This document shows, piece by piece, positions 13,701 through 23,627 of a stretch of 64,000 nt of DNA (the stretch's first letter is position 1; every line of letters starts with the position of its first letter). Made by a program: the position numbers and the translations under genes. Source of the DNA: Takakia lepidozioides (Eukaryota; Plantae; Bryophyta); NCBI GenBank assembly GCA_030704615.1, contig CM060731.1:67270001-67334000 (forward strand), written 5' to 3'. The notes under the pieces are model-generated. The model searched no databases. It saw nothing but the letters and a program-made list of their open reading frames with translations, and was not told where the DNA came from.

Positions 13701-14550
13701 TAATCCTTCACAGCGTAACTAGGCGAAGCGCGGTCAGGCTGGGATTCTCGGGGCATCAGCCAAATTCACAATGTTTGGCAGAACAACACCCTCAGACCCA
13801 TAGAATCTATTGCTAAGTCAGTTGGAAAAACCAGGGCAGCCCACGGTTACTAGAACCTGATCAGCTCCATTGACCCCCAATGGCTGACCATCCTTCACAC
13901 AATGCTGTACCCTTGTGGCCACAGAAGCTGTGTAACATGTAGAATGTCCTCATACGACATTTTACAGCGGCCTTGTTGCCATTGATCCCACTCCCAGCTT
14001 GGACTGAACAAGCACAAGCGGGAACAGACACTACCTTTGGGGGGGCCCCTCTAGTAGTGGGCTTACTTTGATATAAAGGTTGAATTCTGTCAAAGATAGC
14101 ATATATTATGGTGTCACTTCACCCCCCATGGGCTACTGTCTTCCATTTGCCCTAAAGGCCGTAACCAGGGCAATGCAGTTGCCCAAACCTCCCCAAAGGA
14201 CTCACATGTACCCACACATTATCTGACCGGTTGACCCAATGACTCAAAAGGAGTTGTATGCTAACAAAATCTTGAGCACATTCAATATGTTACACACAAC
14301 TTCAAATTTGACATAGGTGAAATCACCAGCATATGCTTGGGCTATGTCACCTTGCTATACTATCCGAGTTCCCAACAAGACAGTGCAGGACACACCACTG
14401 ACTGTGTTGGCAACCCGCGGACAACTCTTGGGCTCTAGTTATCCTTCAGGGTCAACTGGCTATCCTCTTTGTTAAAAATGTGACCTCACAGCAGCTTACA
14501 GTTTTCTCCTTTTCCATCAACACCAATACAATGGTCCTCTCCCTATCCTC

Positions 14551-14867
14551 TGTCAAGTTATTTTATCACTAGTGTGAAGTTAGCTAGGAAATAGCTAGCT
14601 TTTATATATTGACATTTGGGATTGACCCAAGTGTCAATCCAGGGGCCAATACATGTTTGGGCACCTGACGTTGTTATCTTCACGGCAGATCGCGGTGGGC
14701 TCATCTTTCTCGAGTTGAGCCTCACCGCGTCTAGCTATGGCGCCGTAGTGTGGATTCCCCATGGCGTGGGGTGCACTTGGCTCGACTTAATATATGAGTG
14801 ATGTTTTCATGTGCAAGTATGTGAGTTTGAGAGAGCTTGTGTGATTGTATCATTTCTTTCCTTATCA
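14551..14867 (+). repeat. Terminal repeat 'A' (TGTC...TTATCA), a chain of stem-loops
   Basis: Homologous to 34613-34922, 31096-31412, 41846-42162 and, more distantly, 36862-37025. Confidence 0.9.
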
Positions 14868-14883
14868 CTTGAGAAAGATGAGC
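14868..14883 (+). promoter_or_regulatory. Putative self-priming primer-binding site
   Basis: CTTGAGAAAGATGAGC directly follows repeat A and is complementary to GCTCATCTTTCTCGAG at 14699-14714. It does not begin with TGG, so it is not a tRNA 3'-end PBS. Confidence 0.7.
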
Positions 14884-17098
14884 TCAAGTTTGTGAGTGCC
14901 AGGTTCGAGTTAGTTGTAGCACTTGTGTTTTCAAATCATGAGAAATGGTTCAGCCTAGAGTGCAGGGATCCGTGCATGAGCCTATCTAAAGTGGATAGAG
15001 TGCAAAGGTGACAGGTTGCAGGTTTGCAATGGATAGAGAGGCGGTCAGTGTTGCATAGCTCAACGCTATGGCAACTGAGTATGCGGTTCTAGTGTGAAGC
15101 GGAGGAGATGTTGGCCACGAGTGGGCGAACTGGTGGTCGTCTTCTTCAGTTGCAGGCCGAGTTAAGGAGCTATAGAAATGTGGGCTGCGTATGGGAAGTT
15201 AGCATGTTGCAGGTTGGAGATGATATGATCAGCTCCAGGTATTTCTGCCCGAAACTAGTTGTTGCGGGTAGATGAGGAGCAGCCGAATGGTGGAGCTGCG
15301 AGGGGATGCATCGCAGCCCGTTGGGAGCTTCAGCTCCAAACTCATGAAGAGGTATGAGTGAAGAGAGGGGGCAGGTCCCTCTTGTGTGCAAATCAGTGCA
15401 CTTGTGAAACATGTGCTGAGTTGGAGTTTCAATCTGAAACTCAGCAGTGTAAGGGCTCTTAGAGTGGCAAGAGCGGGGGCTGGAAGGGCAGCAACTAGGC
15501 GTCCTAGAGCCAGGGAATGTGCAGTAGAACTGCAGGTACACCAAGGTTGTAAAGGTGTGTATTTTCAGATTTGTTTTGTGAGCTTCATGAAGAAAATGGA
15601 GCTTGTTGGGCAGCATATAGCTGCTTGTTTGTTGAGTTGGGGGCACTTCTAGTGGGCCGTGAGAGCTCAGGAGTGCAGGGCGACGGGGCTGATGGCTCCG
15701 CAGAAGCCATAGCTCGTTGACAGCAGGTGCAGGAGCAAACCCCAGCTTGGGGAGAGCTCGGGAACGCGCGGGAATGCCTCGGGAACGCATGGGAACTCAT
15801 TGGGAGTTCCAGGGAATGCAGGGAATAGTGGCCGTGATGGGTCGTTGGGGCGGTATCACGAGATACCACGAGCCCAGGTCGTGACTGTTGACCGTGACCG
15901 TTGGAAACCGTGGTGCGGACACAACGGGTGGGCACGGTGACCAGATCGTGGGGATGGCGGGCCGTGAAGGCTCGTGGGAGTGGTACCACGGGGTATCACG
16001 GGGCAGCCCGTGGCCAACGAGCGCCTAGGGCGGGCCATGAGGAGTTGTGGCGGTTGGAGCCACGGAAGGCCACGAACAGGCAGAGTGCAGGCGGTCTTTT
16101 TTCACTCGTTTCGTGGGACCTTGATGGGGAGGTTGGGCTCTCTAGAACAACGGTTTTGAGCTAGCTGATCCGGCAGAAAAGTCGGAATTGCCTCCCTGTT
16201 GCGTTCTAACAAAGGGGATTACTCCCCTGCAGGTAATCTTTTCGGGTTTTCAGCCCAATTCTTAACTATGGGGGAGACCAGCCTGCAGGTAATTCCTTTG
16301 GACAGAATGTTGTTGGGGCCTATATGTACCTCTATTTGCTCCATTTTTGAGCCTTCAACGAATGGTGTGGTTTCCTGAGGTGGTTCCATTCTGAGGAATG
16401 GATGGTGGACATAAGGAGGCACTGGCGGACCCTGTGGAGGCTTGCTTGGGGCCTTGGAGGCCAAGTTCATGAGCTCGTGGAGGGCGGTTTGAGGAGTGTC
16501 TACAGGATGCTCTCATGGTCATGCAAGTGAGAGAAGAGAGGAAAAAAGAGGGTATTGGGATGAGAGCGTGTTGGGCATTGCTTTAGCTTCCCTTCCTCGT
16601 AGCTTTCCACTTTATCTGTAGGCCGAGACCTTTCCGTAGGTGGAGGCAAGAGTCAGTCCGGGTTTGGGCTGGGGTGTCCTTGCAAGAGCGACACTATGGA
16701 GTTGTTTTTGGTGTGGGGGAGTTGTTGTTTTCATTCTTGTGTTTGGATCCCCTCCACACCTGCATGCTTGATTGTGCGCCATGCTAGTTTTGTGTGGGCA
16801 TTTGATTTAGGTGGTTGACTCGGGCTTGATCGCCGATCCAACCCTAGAGCATGCTACCGATGGTGAGGCTGGGTTGACGACCAGTCATACCATCTTTGTT
16901 TCTCCTGTGGTGAGGTTGGAGGTGATGACCAACCAACCATAGGAGTGCCTGCGGTGGATGCAGGTGCAGGTACAGGTTATGTTAGGAACCTAGTATTCCA
17001 AACCACAAGCCGCATCAGGTTCTCTACCCAGATACCTTGTGGAGAGGGGGTTAGAGACAGGTTCATGACCAGTTGAGTGTTAGTTTGTCAACACAGAG

Positions 17099-19800
17099 GT
17101 GCCACTAGTTGCTGGGGAAAGTGCCGGTACGAGCACTAGCGATACTAGCGGGTATACGAGACGAGGTGTGCGGTTTATGCTACCTTCACCTCTTGTGTCT
17201 TCTACGGAAGGTTCTGATTCAGATTGTGAATCAGGAGGACTCACACCGGCGGTGCAAGTTGTTTCTTTGCCATTGTTGTGGGATACAATGGAGGAGATGT
17301 ATGGAGCCACCAAGGGGCCACGAAGGTACTCTGGGGTGGTGGGCACCATTGAGTTGGATGATTTTATCCAAGAGTTTGATAGTTGGTGTAACTTGCAGCA
17401 AATGCGCAATCCACAACTGTTTACACCTTCCATGGCATGGAAGGGGCTGTTTCAGCACCTTGTGGGGCCGCCCCTGGATGATTATCATGAGTTTAGGTGG
17501 GGGCACGATGTTGAGATCGAGGAGTGGAGGATGTACTGGTCACCCGACTATGTCTCCATCACTAGAGGCACAAGGGCAGCAGCCACACCGGCAGCTGCAC
17601 CAGCAGCAGCTATAACAACAGCTTCCACGAGCAGTGGAGGGACTAGTGGTACAGCAACTACGACGTCCACCCAAACTACTACTGCACCAGCACCTGTGGC
17701 GGTGCCTGCCTTCAACCCTGTTGTGGAGTTCTTTGAAGAGTTGAGAAGGAACTACCAAGGGGTGAGGACAGAGAAGTTGAGGAGCTTGCAAGAGTTCCAA
17801 CGGAAGCCTACTGAGAGCTTGAGGGAGGCTTTCACTCGTATGAGGCGCTTGATAAATGTAACCCAAGGGGTTACGGAGGCTCAGGCAGTCCAGTTCTGGT
17901 ACGGGATATTGGACAATGAGTTGAGGAGAAGGGTGCGGGATACAACTCTCCTATAAGCGGCCCAACCCACCTTAGCAAATGTGTTTTTGCTGGCAAAGCG
18001 GATAGAGCTCAACATGGCGGACGAACGAGTGGTCATGGTGGGATTTGCTAAAGAGGCACCACAGGGTAGTGGTGCTCCTAGCCAGCCACTACCTCAACCT
18101 GCTCAAGGCAACAAGGGGGCTCAGGTGAAGCCCAGGGAAGGGCAGAGAGGACCTCAGATGCAGGGGTCTATCCCTTCATTTGTTGGCCAACAACGGGCGG
18201 ATATGGTGTGCTAGACATGTGGAGGACCCCATGTCAAGAAGGATTGCCCAGAGGGAGGTAATGGTCTGGCACCGGCACAACCTGCACAGTTGCAGTGTGG
18301 GCATTGTGGCAGGTACGGGCATGGAGATGCCCAGTGCTATGGTTTGCATCCTGAGTTGCGCCCAGGCCAGTTCCAAGGGAACAATGGTGGCCAGGGGTGA
18401 GGTGGAGCAGCCCAGAGAGGACGAGGTGGCCAGGCACGAGGTGCAGGCCAAGGGCAAGCTCAACATGGCCAAGGACGTGGAGGTCAGGGTGGTGACCAAG
18501 GCATGGCCAACCAGCTTCAGCAGCTAGAGCAGAGGCTTGTTACCATGGCCACAGCTCAGGTGGTACCGGCTCCAAGGCCGGATGGTCCACCTCCTGCTCC
18601 TGAGGGAGGAGACATGGGAGGCATGGGATTCATGTGCGGGGCAGCACTACCACTAATGAGGGGTGCCACTACCACTACCACTATGGGTGGGGCGCCACTA
18701 CCACTAGTGAGGGGTGCCACTACCACTACCACTGTGGGTGGGGCACCAGTACCACTAGTGTCGGGCAGCACTACCACTACCACTATGTGCGGGGCAGGAC
18801 TACCACTAGTGCAAGTGGAGTCAGCTGCGGCAATGACTCGAGGAGCAGCACGAGTTCCTGAGCCACGGGGTGCGGAGATGGAGTTGGATCCACAGCGTGG
18901 GGAGGCAAGCCGTCAGGTTAGGCTTCCTCAATCATTCACATTGGCGGAGACAGTGTTGACGCCATCCATGGCACCTAATTCTCGCCCGACTGTTACCGAG
19001 GCGGAGGTTACTATGCCATTGGGGAGAGCTACATGGGCAGCACCACTACCTAGTGTTGCCAAGGCTACGGCAGCTAGTGTGCTGCTAGGAGCGGCCACAT
19101 CTATGTGCCAGGCTCCATTGTTCTCGGCTACCATGATTGCGACATCGGGGGTAAGACCAGCTGAGGTGTTCAGGCTAGCAGCTACACTTTGTGAGAGTGG
19201 GGAGGTTACTTCATCTTCTGCGGAGGTAGTGGGAGGTGTAGTGCTGGAGGGATCTTCGAATTTGAGGGTCAAGACTGCCACGGTGGCGCCATGGCAAGCT
19301 GCAGCTGCAAGGTTGATGGAGCTGCCAGCTAGGCCAGCCATTGAGCGCGCCATGGTGACACCTGGAGTTGTCATGTTAGACAACCAGGATGACATTTTCT
19401 GTTTGAGTGGACCGGCAGGCAAGAGGTATCGGCCACTGCGAGTCTTGTTGGACTCGGGAGCTCAGCCATTGATGTTGGGCAGAGCTGATATTGCAGGCTT
19501 GGGCCTCACTGAGGTGGATATGGAGCCGTGCCCTTTCCAGATATAGACATCTTTGGGAGGATCAGAGCAAGCTCGGGGCATGATACGGCGTGAGTTGGCT
19601 ATCAGACTGCAGCCGGATCATCCTACAGATGGCTCAGTGATGAGAGCCAAGGCCATTGTGACAGACGCGGTCTCGTACGATGTTGTTGGTGGGGCAATGT
19701 TGTACCCCATGGGCTTCACCCTGGATTTTTGGGAGGAGTCAGCTTCCTATAGGCCTGGATGGCAGTCAGGGGAGGGCCAGCATGTGCAGTTCCCTGTGAC
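17099..19800 (+). pseudogene. Family A Gag (retrotrans_gag, two CCHC knuckles) + aspartic protease
   Basis: LQEFQRKPTESLREAFTRM..FWYGI; C*TCGGPHVKKDC and CGHCGRYGHGDAQC (18210-18345); protease VLLDSGAQP. One frame with in-frame stops. Confidence 0.9.
18635..18815 (+). repeat. 51-bp coding minisatellite (GGAPLPLVRGATTTTT) x ~3.5
   Basis: Visible in ORF 18503-19546. Confidence 0.85.
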
Positions 19801-20159
19801 GTTCATAAGAGGAGTTGCGGTTGCCCAGCGAGGCAAGATGCCAACACTGGCAGTATTCACAGCTGCAGTGACTTGGCCTGGAGAGTTGTTGAATGGCAAC
19901 ACTCATTCAGAGGATGTGTCACCTCCGGGAGAGCAGTATGACATGTATGGTATGGCGGAGTTGTCTGCCATGGTTGCTCACACTCCATTGTGGGGCTCGA
20001 GCAAGGATTTACTGCGGGTTGCTGATCGACGTGTGCAACAAGCCTGGGTAAAGGCTTTTGTACCGTTAGGAGAGGAGGACAGTGCGGGGATTGCACCAGG
20101 ACCACCTCAGTTGTCACCATTGGACACCACACCAATCGTGTGGCAGTGTCCGGATGAAG

Positions 20160-21100
20160 ACATTTGCATTCTGGATTTGTTTGGCGGGATCAGCACCGGA
20201 TTGGCTGCTGTGCTACAAGCAGATGTATGGGTATGGCGTTACTTGTATGTGGAGAGGGATGAGACTGCACGACGCGTCTCACTCCGTCATGTTGCTCAGT
20301 TGGTGCAGCAGTACCCTGAGTTGTTGCCGGTGTTTGCGGTTCGTGGATATTAGCAGGCCTTGCCAGCAGACATTTTGTTGCTGGGGGCGCAGGATTTGGA
20401 GCGGGTTGGCTCCATTGATCTGGTAGTGGCAGGTTGGCCCTGCCAAGGGCATTCATCAGCCGGGCATGGCAATGGATTGTGAGACTTGAGATCGGGTCTG
20501 TTTTGGGAGATGGTGCGGGTTTTGCGCCACTTACAGCTTCATCAAGCTGTATCTCCAGCATATATCTTGGAGAATGTGCCGCTGATGGGCGATTCTCGGG
20601 CTAGGGTCATGGCCAGTGTGCATCACGTCCGGTCATGGCTTGGATCAGCAGTGTTGCTGGGTGCAACTGCAGTGGGGTCACGGGCTCATCGTCCATGGCT
20701 ATGGTGGACTAACTTGATGTCACCCACACTGCTCAAGCGTGCATTTGATGGGTGCAGCGGCCAGCACACCTCACAGTGGATAGCATTTTGGACAGAGGGA
20801 GGCAGTCTCAACGTGTGAGACACGATGACCGTTTGCCTTTGGCAGTGGTCAATAAGGTGGGTCAACCACGAGCAGCACTATCTACACTGCTCAGCTTCCC
20901 AGGATCACATGCTTTTCCGGGATAATGGACCTAACCTCCTGTGGGATGCTCAGCTGCAATAGTTAGTGGAGCCTAATGCCAACGAACGAGAGTGGGCTAT
21001 GGGTTTTTCCACTCGGACCACGGCGGTGCATTTTCTTGCTGAGGCATCACGTCGTCAGGTGTTGGGGCAAGCGATGGATCTCAATTGCTTGATCTGGATT
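20160..21100 (+). pseudogene. C5-cytosine DNA methyltransferase domain (DNMT3/DRM-like) inside the retrotransposon polyprotein
   Basis: Motif I ILDLFGGIS; II YLYVERD; III LPADI; IV IDLVVAGWPCQG (catalytic PC at 20438-20443); SGLFWE; VI YILENV (20570-20578); VIII AHRPWLWWTN; IX EREWAMGF; X RRQVLGQAMD. Same frame as gag/PR. Confidence 0.92.
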
Positions 21101-21499
21101 ATCAGCTTGGCTATACGTAGAGTGCGGAGTGCACTTCCCTTGACGGTCTCTCTGCCTACTAAGATGGTACAGACAGTGAGTGGGGGCGAGCCGGTGAGGA
21201 CCACGGGGTGTATACATCCATGGCACACGTGGGAGGTGCTCGAGGTTCAGAGGGAATTGACAGCCAAGGCGGCTGTGATGGATGAGGTTGGGGATTCTTC
21301 TCGGGTTGAGGAGGTCCTCAAGGATGAGATGATGGGGCAGGATTAGGCCTTATCATTGACTGAGCAGGCAGGGAGTACTGCTCATGAGGTTGCGGCATAG
21401 CAACCACGGGACGCGTCTCCTACCTCTAAGTCTGCTGGACTTAAGGTTGCAGTTACAGAGGACAATTGGGAGCCTGACATTGGACCCATTGTCACTGAA

Positions 21500-22390
21500 G
21501 GAGAGAGACAACGTATACGGCGGTTCCTGAGGGCTTACAAGAATTGCTTTGCCTTCAGTTTGAAGGATTTGGGAGCACTGAAGGGTCAGGAAATTTGTAT
21601 TGAGTTGGCCACGGACACGCCAATCTTTCGGAGACCCTATAGATACAGAGGTCTTTGATTCAGATGAGGACTCAAGATCTCTGGGAGGCTGGTTTGGTAG
21701 AGCTCTCTGGAGGAGAGTATGCTTCAGCCACGGTGATGCCAGCCAAGAATGATGTCTATGGCAATTGGATGGAGAGACGTATGTGCGGTGATTACCGGCC
21801 TGTAAATCGTCAGACCAAGTCCGATAAGTATGCCATGCCCACACCTGAGGAGATCTTTGATGCCATTGGGCATGCCAAGGTCTTTGGCACTCTGGACTTG
21901 CGGTCCGGATATCACCAGTTGCCGATCAAGGAGGCGGACAAGCAGAAGCGAACATTCTGGGGGATCAATGAGCACGGGAAGGATTGTCTATATCAGTGGC
22001 GGTTCTTACCATTTGAGCTTAAGAACGCTCCTGCAGAGTTCCAGAAAGTCATGGACAAGATTCTAACAGGGGTAGACTTTGTTTGTGCGCTTGAGAGTGC
22101 ATGGATTGAAATTACATCCGGAGAAGTGCAAGTTCTTCCACAACCAGATTGAGTATCTGAGCCACATGATATATCCTGGAGGATTGGGGGTATAGCAGAC
22201 TAAGATGGAGGCCATTGTACATATTCCACGCCCCACAGATGTGAGCCGAGTTCGAGCTTTCATGGGGCTGTCATAGACGGTTTCAAGGGATTTAGTACTA
22301 TTGCAAAGGCTCTAACTAAGACAAGGTTTGTCAAGGGAGCCTTTAGTAGCTATTGTCAAAGGCCTATTACCAAGCTGATACAGATTGGAG
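21500..22390 (+). pseudogene. Family A reverse transcriptase (YxDD segment deleted) and connection
   Basis: RMCGDYRPVN, TLDLRSGYHQ, LPFELKNAPAEFQ, then YLSHMI..G. Frameshifted. Confidence 0.9.
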
Positions 22391-22890
22391 NNNNNNNNNN
22401 NNNNNNNNNNNNNNNNNNNNNNNNNNNNNNNNNNNNNNNNNNNNNNNNNNNNNNNNNNNNNNNNNNNNNNNNNNNNNNNNNNNNNNNNNNNNNNNNNNNN
22501 NNNNNNNNNNNNNNNNNNNNNNNNNNNNNNNNNNNNNNNNNNNNNNNNNNNNNNNNNNNNNNNNNNNNNNNNNNNNNNNNNNNNNNNNNNNNNNNNNNNN
22601 NNNNNNNNNNNNNNNNNNNNNNNNNNNNNNNNNNNNNNNNNNNNNNNNNNNNNNNNNNNNNNNNNNNNNNNNNNNNNNNNNNNNNNNNNNNNNNNNNNNN
22701 NNNNNNNNNNNNNNNNNNNNNNNNNNNNNNNNNNNNNNNNNNNNNNNNNNNNNNNNNNNNNNNNNNNNNNNNNNNNNNNNNNNNNNNNNNNNNNNNNNNN
22801 NNNNNNNNNNNNNNNNNNNNNNNNNNNNNNNNNNNNNNNNNNNNNNNNNNNNNNNNNNNNNNNNNNNNNNNNNNNNNNNNNNNNNNNNNN
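22391..22890. other. Assembly gap (500 N)
   Basis: Run of n. Confidence 1.
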
Positions 22891-23627
22891 TTGATCATCT
22901 ATTCCTGTGGCTGGTTCTCCTGTTGATAACCGTGACAAGTGATCCGCCACAAGATGCTGTCTCCCAGGCTTGTAACAACCTCGACTCAACTCGTGCAAGA
23001 TTATCAACCATCTTGCTATTCTTCCGCTTATCAGAGGTTTGTTTACCAGGTATATCAGAGCCTGGTGATCCACATAGAACATAAACTTCTTTGCCCAACA
23101 GGTCATGCCTGAATTCTTCACTACATAGATCATTGCCAAAGCTTCTCTTTCCGTTGTGCTATAGCTTCCTTTCAGCACTGTTTCAATCACCGGCTAGCAT
23201 ATTAACAGGTGAATCTATATTTCCTGTAACTTCTGGGCTAACACGCTCCCAACGCTTCTTCTCCTGATCATCGCAGTGAACATGAAATACTACATGCCAG
23301 TGAGGGTTATTATCACAGGTGTAGTTGTTACTGGACAATGTAAGTTCCTCAAACGCCTGTTGACATTCAGCTGTCCAGGGCAAACCTGCATCTTTCTTCA
23401 GTAGTTTGCTCAATGGTGCTGCTTCTGTAAATAACTGGTTTTGCCCAAGGAATCTCCTTAGACTTTAAAATTCACTGGGGGGGAGAGGGATTTTTAATGG
23501 ACTATGTCTTGCTGGGATCCACAAGGAGTCCCTTCTTACACACAATGTGTCCCAGAAGCACCCCTGAGTTCACACAGAAAGTACCCTTTTCTGGATTCAG
23601 GGCCAGACCTCTCATCCTGCATCTGGC

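Larger units (their letters stand above)
8719..13900 (+). mobile_element. Decayed L1-clade LINE (ORF1 + ORF2), with most of the RT core deleted
   Basis: ORF1 has RRM-like GFYSIVFESKEAANQAL and zinc knuckle CFNCGQLGHIKLDC. ORF2 has APE motifs (SWNLRGLG, NIYVP, FN.V, FTWTNNR, RLDRAY, DH.PI), FVDD, LSITGRVL and W..IC.PKK.GGLG..DL...NALLGKW. Stops and frameshifts present; ends approximate. Confidence 0.9.
14551..22390 (+). mobile_element. Ty3/gypsy family A copy 1: A repeat - PBS - long 5'UTR - gag - PR - DNA methyltransferase - RT (3' end lost in gap)
   Basis: Starts TGTCAAGTTATT at 14551, the same terminus as the copies ending at 34922 and 42162. Domains are listed as separate features. Confidence 0.93.

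Noticed and set aside
14738-14760. TGGCGCCGTAGTGTGGA as a tRNA-type PBS
   Set aside because: It lies inside repeat A, which continues ~110 bp further and is duplicated in A2. It is not preceded by an LTR-ending CA and forms part of a hairpin.
15170-16470. Many overlapping ORFs in the family A 5'UTR (and their mirror at 40200-41900)
   Set aside because: Frames are not conserved between the two copies and no domains are evident; GC-rich shadow ORFs.
22312-23190. ORFs spanning the N run
   Set aside because: Artefacts of the assembly gap; the two sides belong to different gypsy families.
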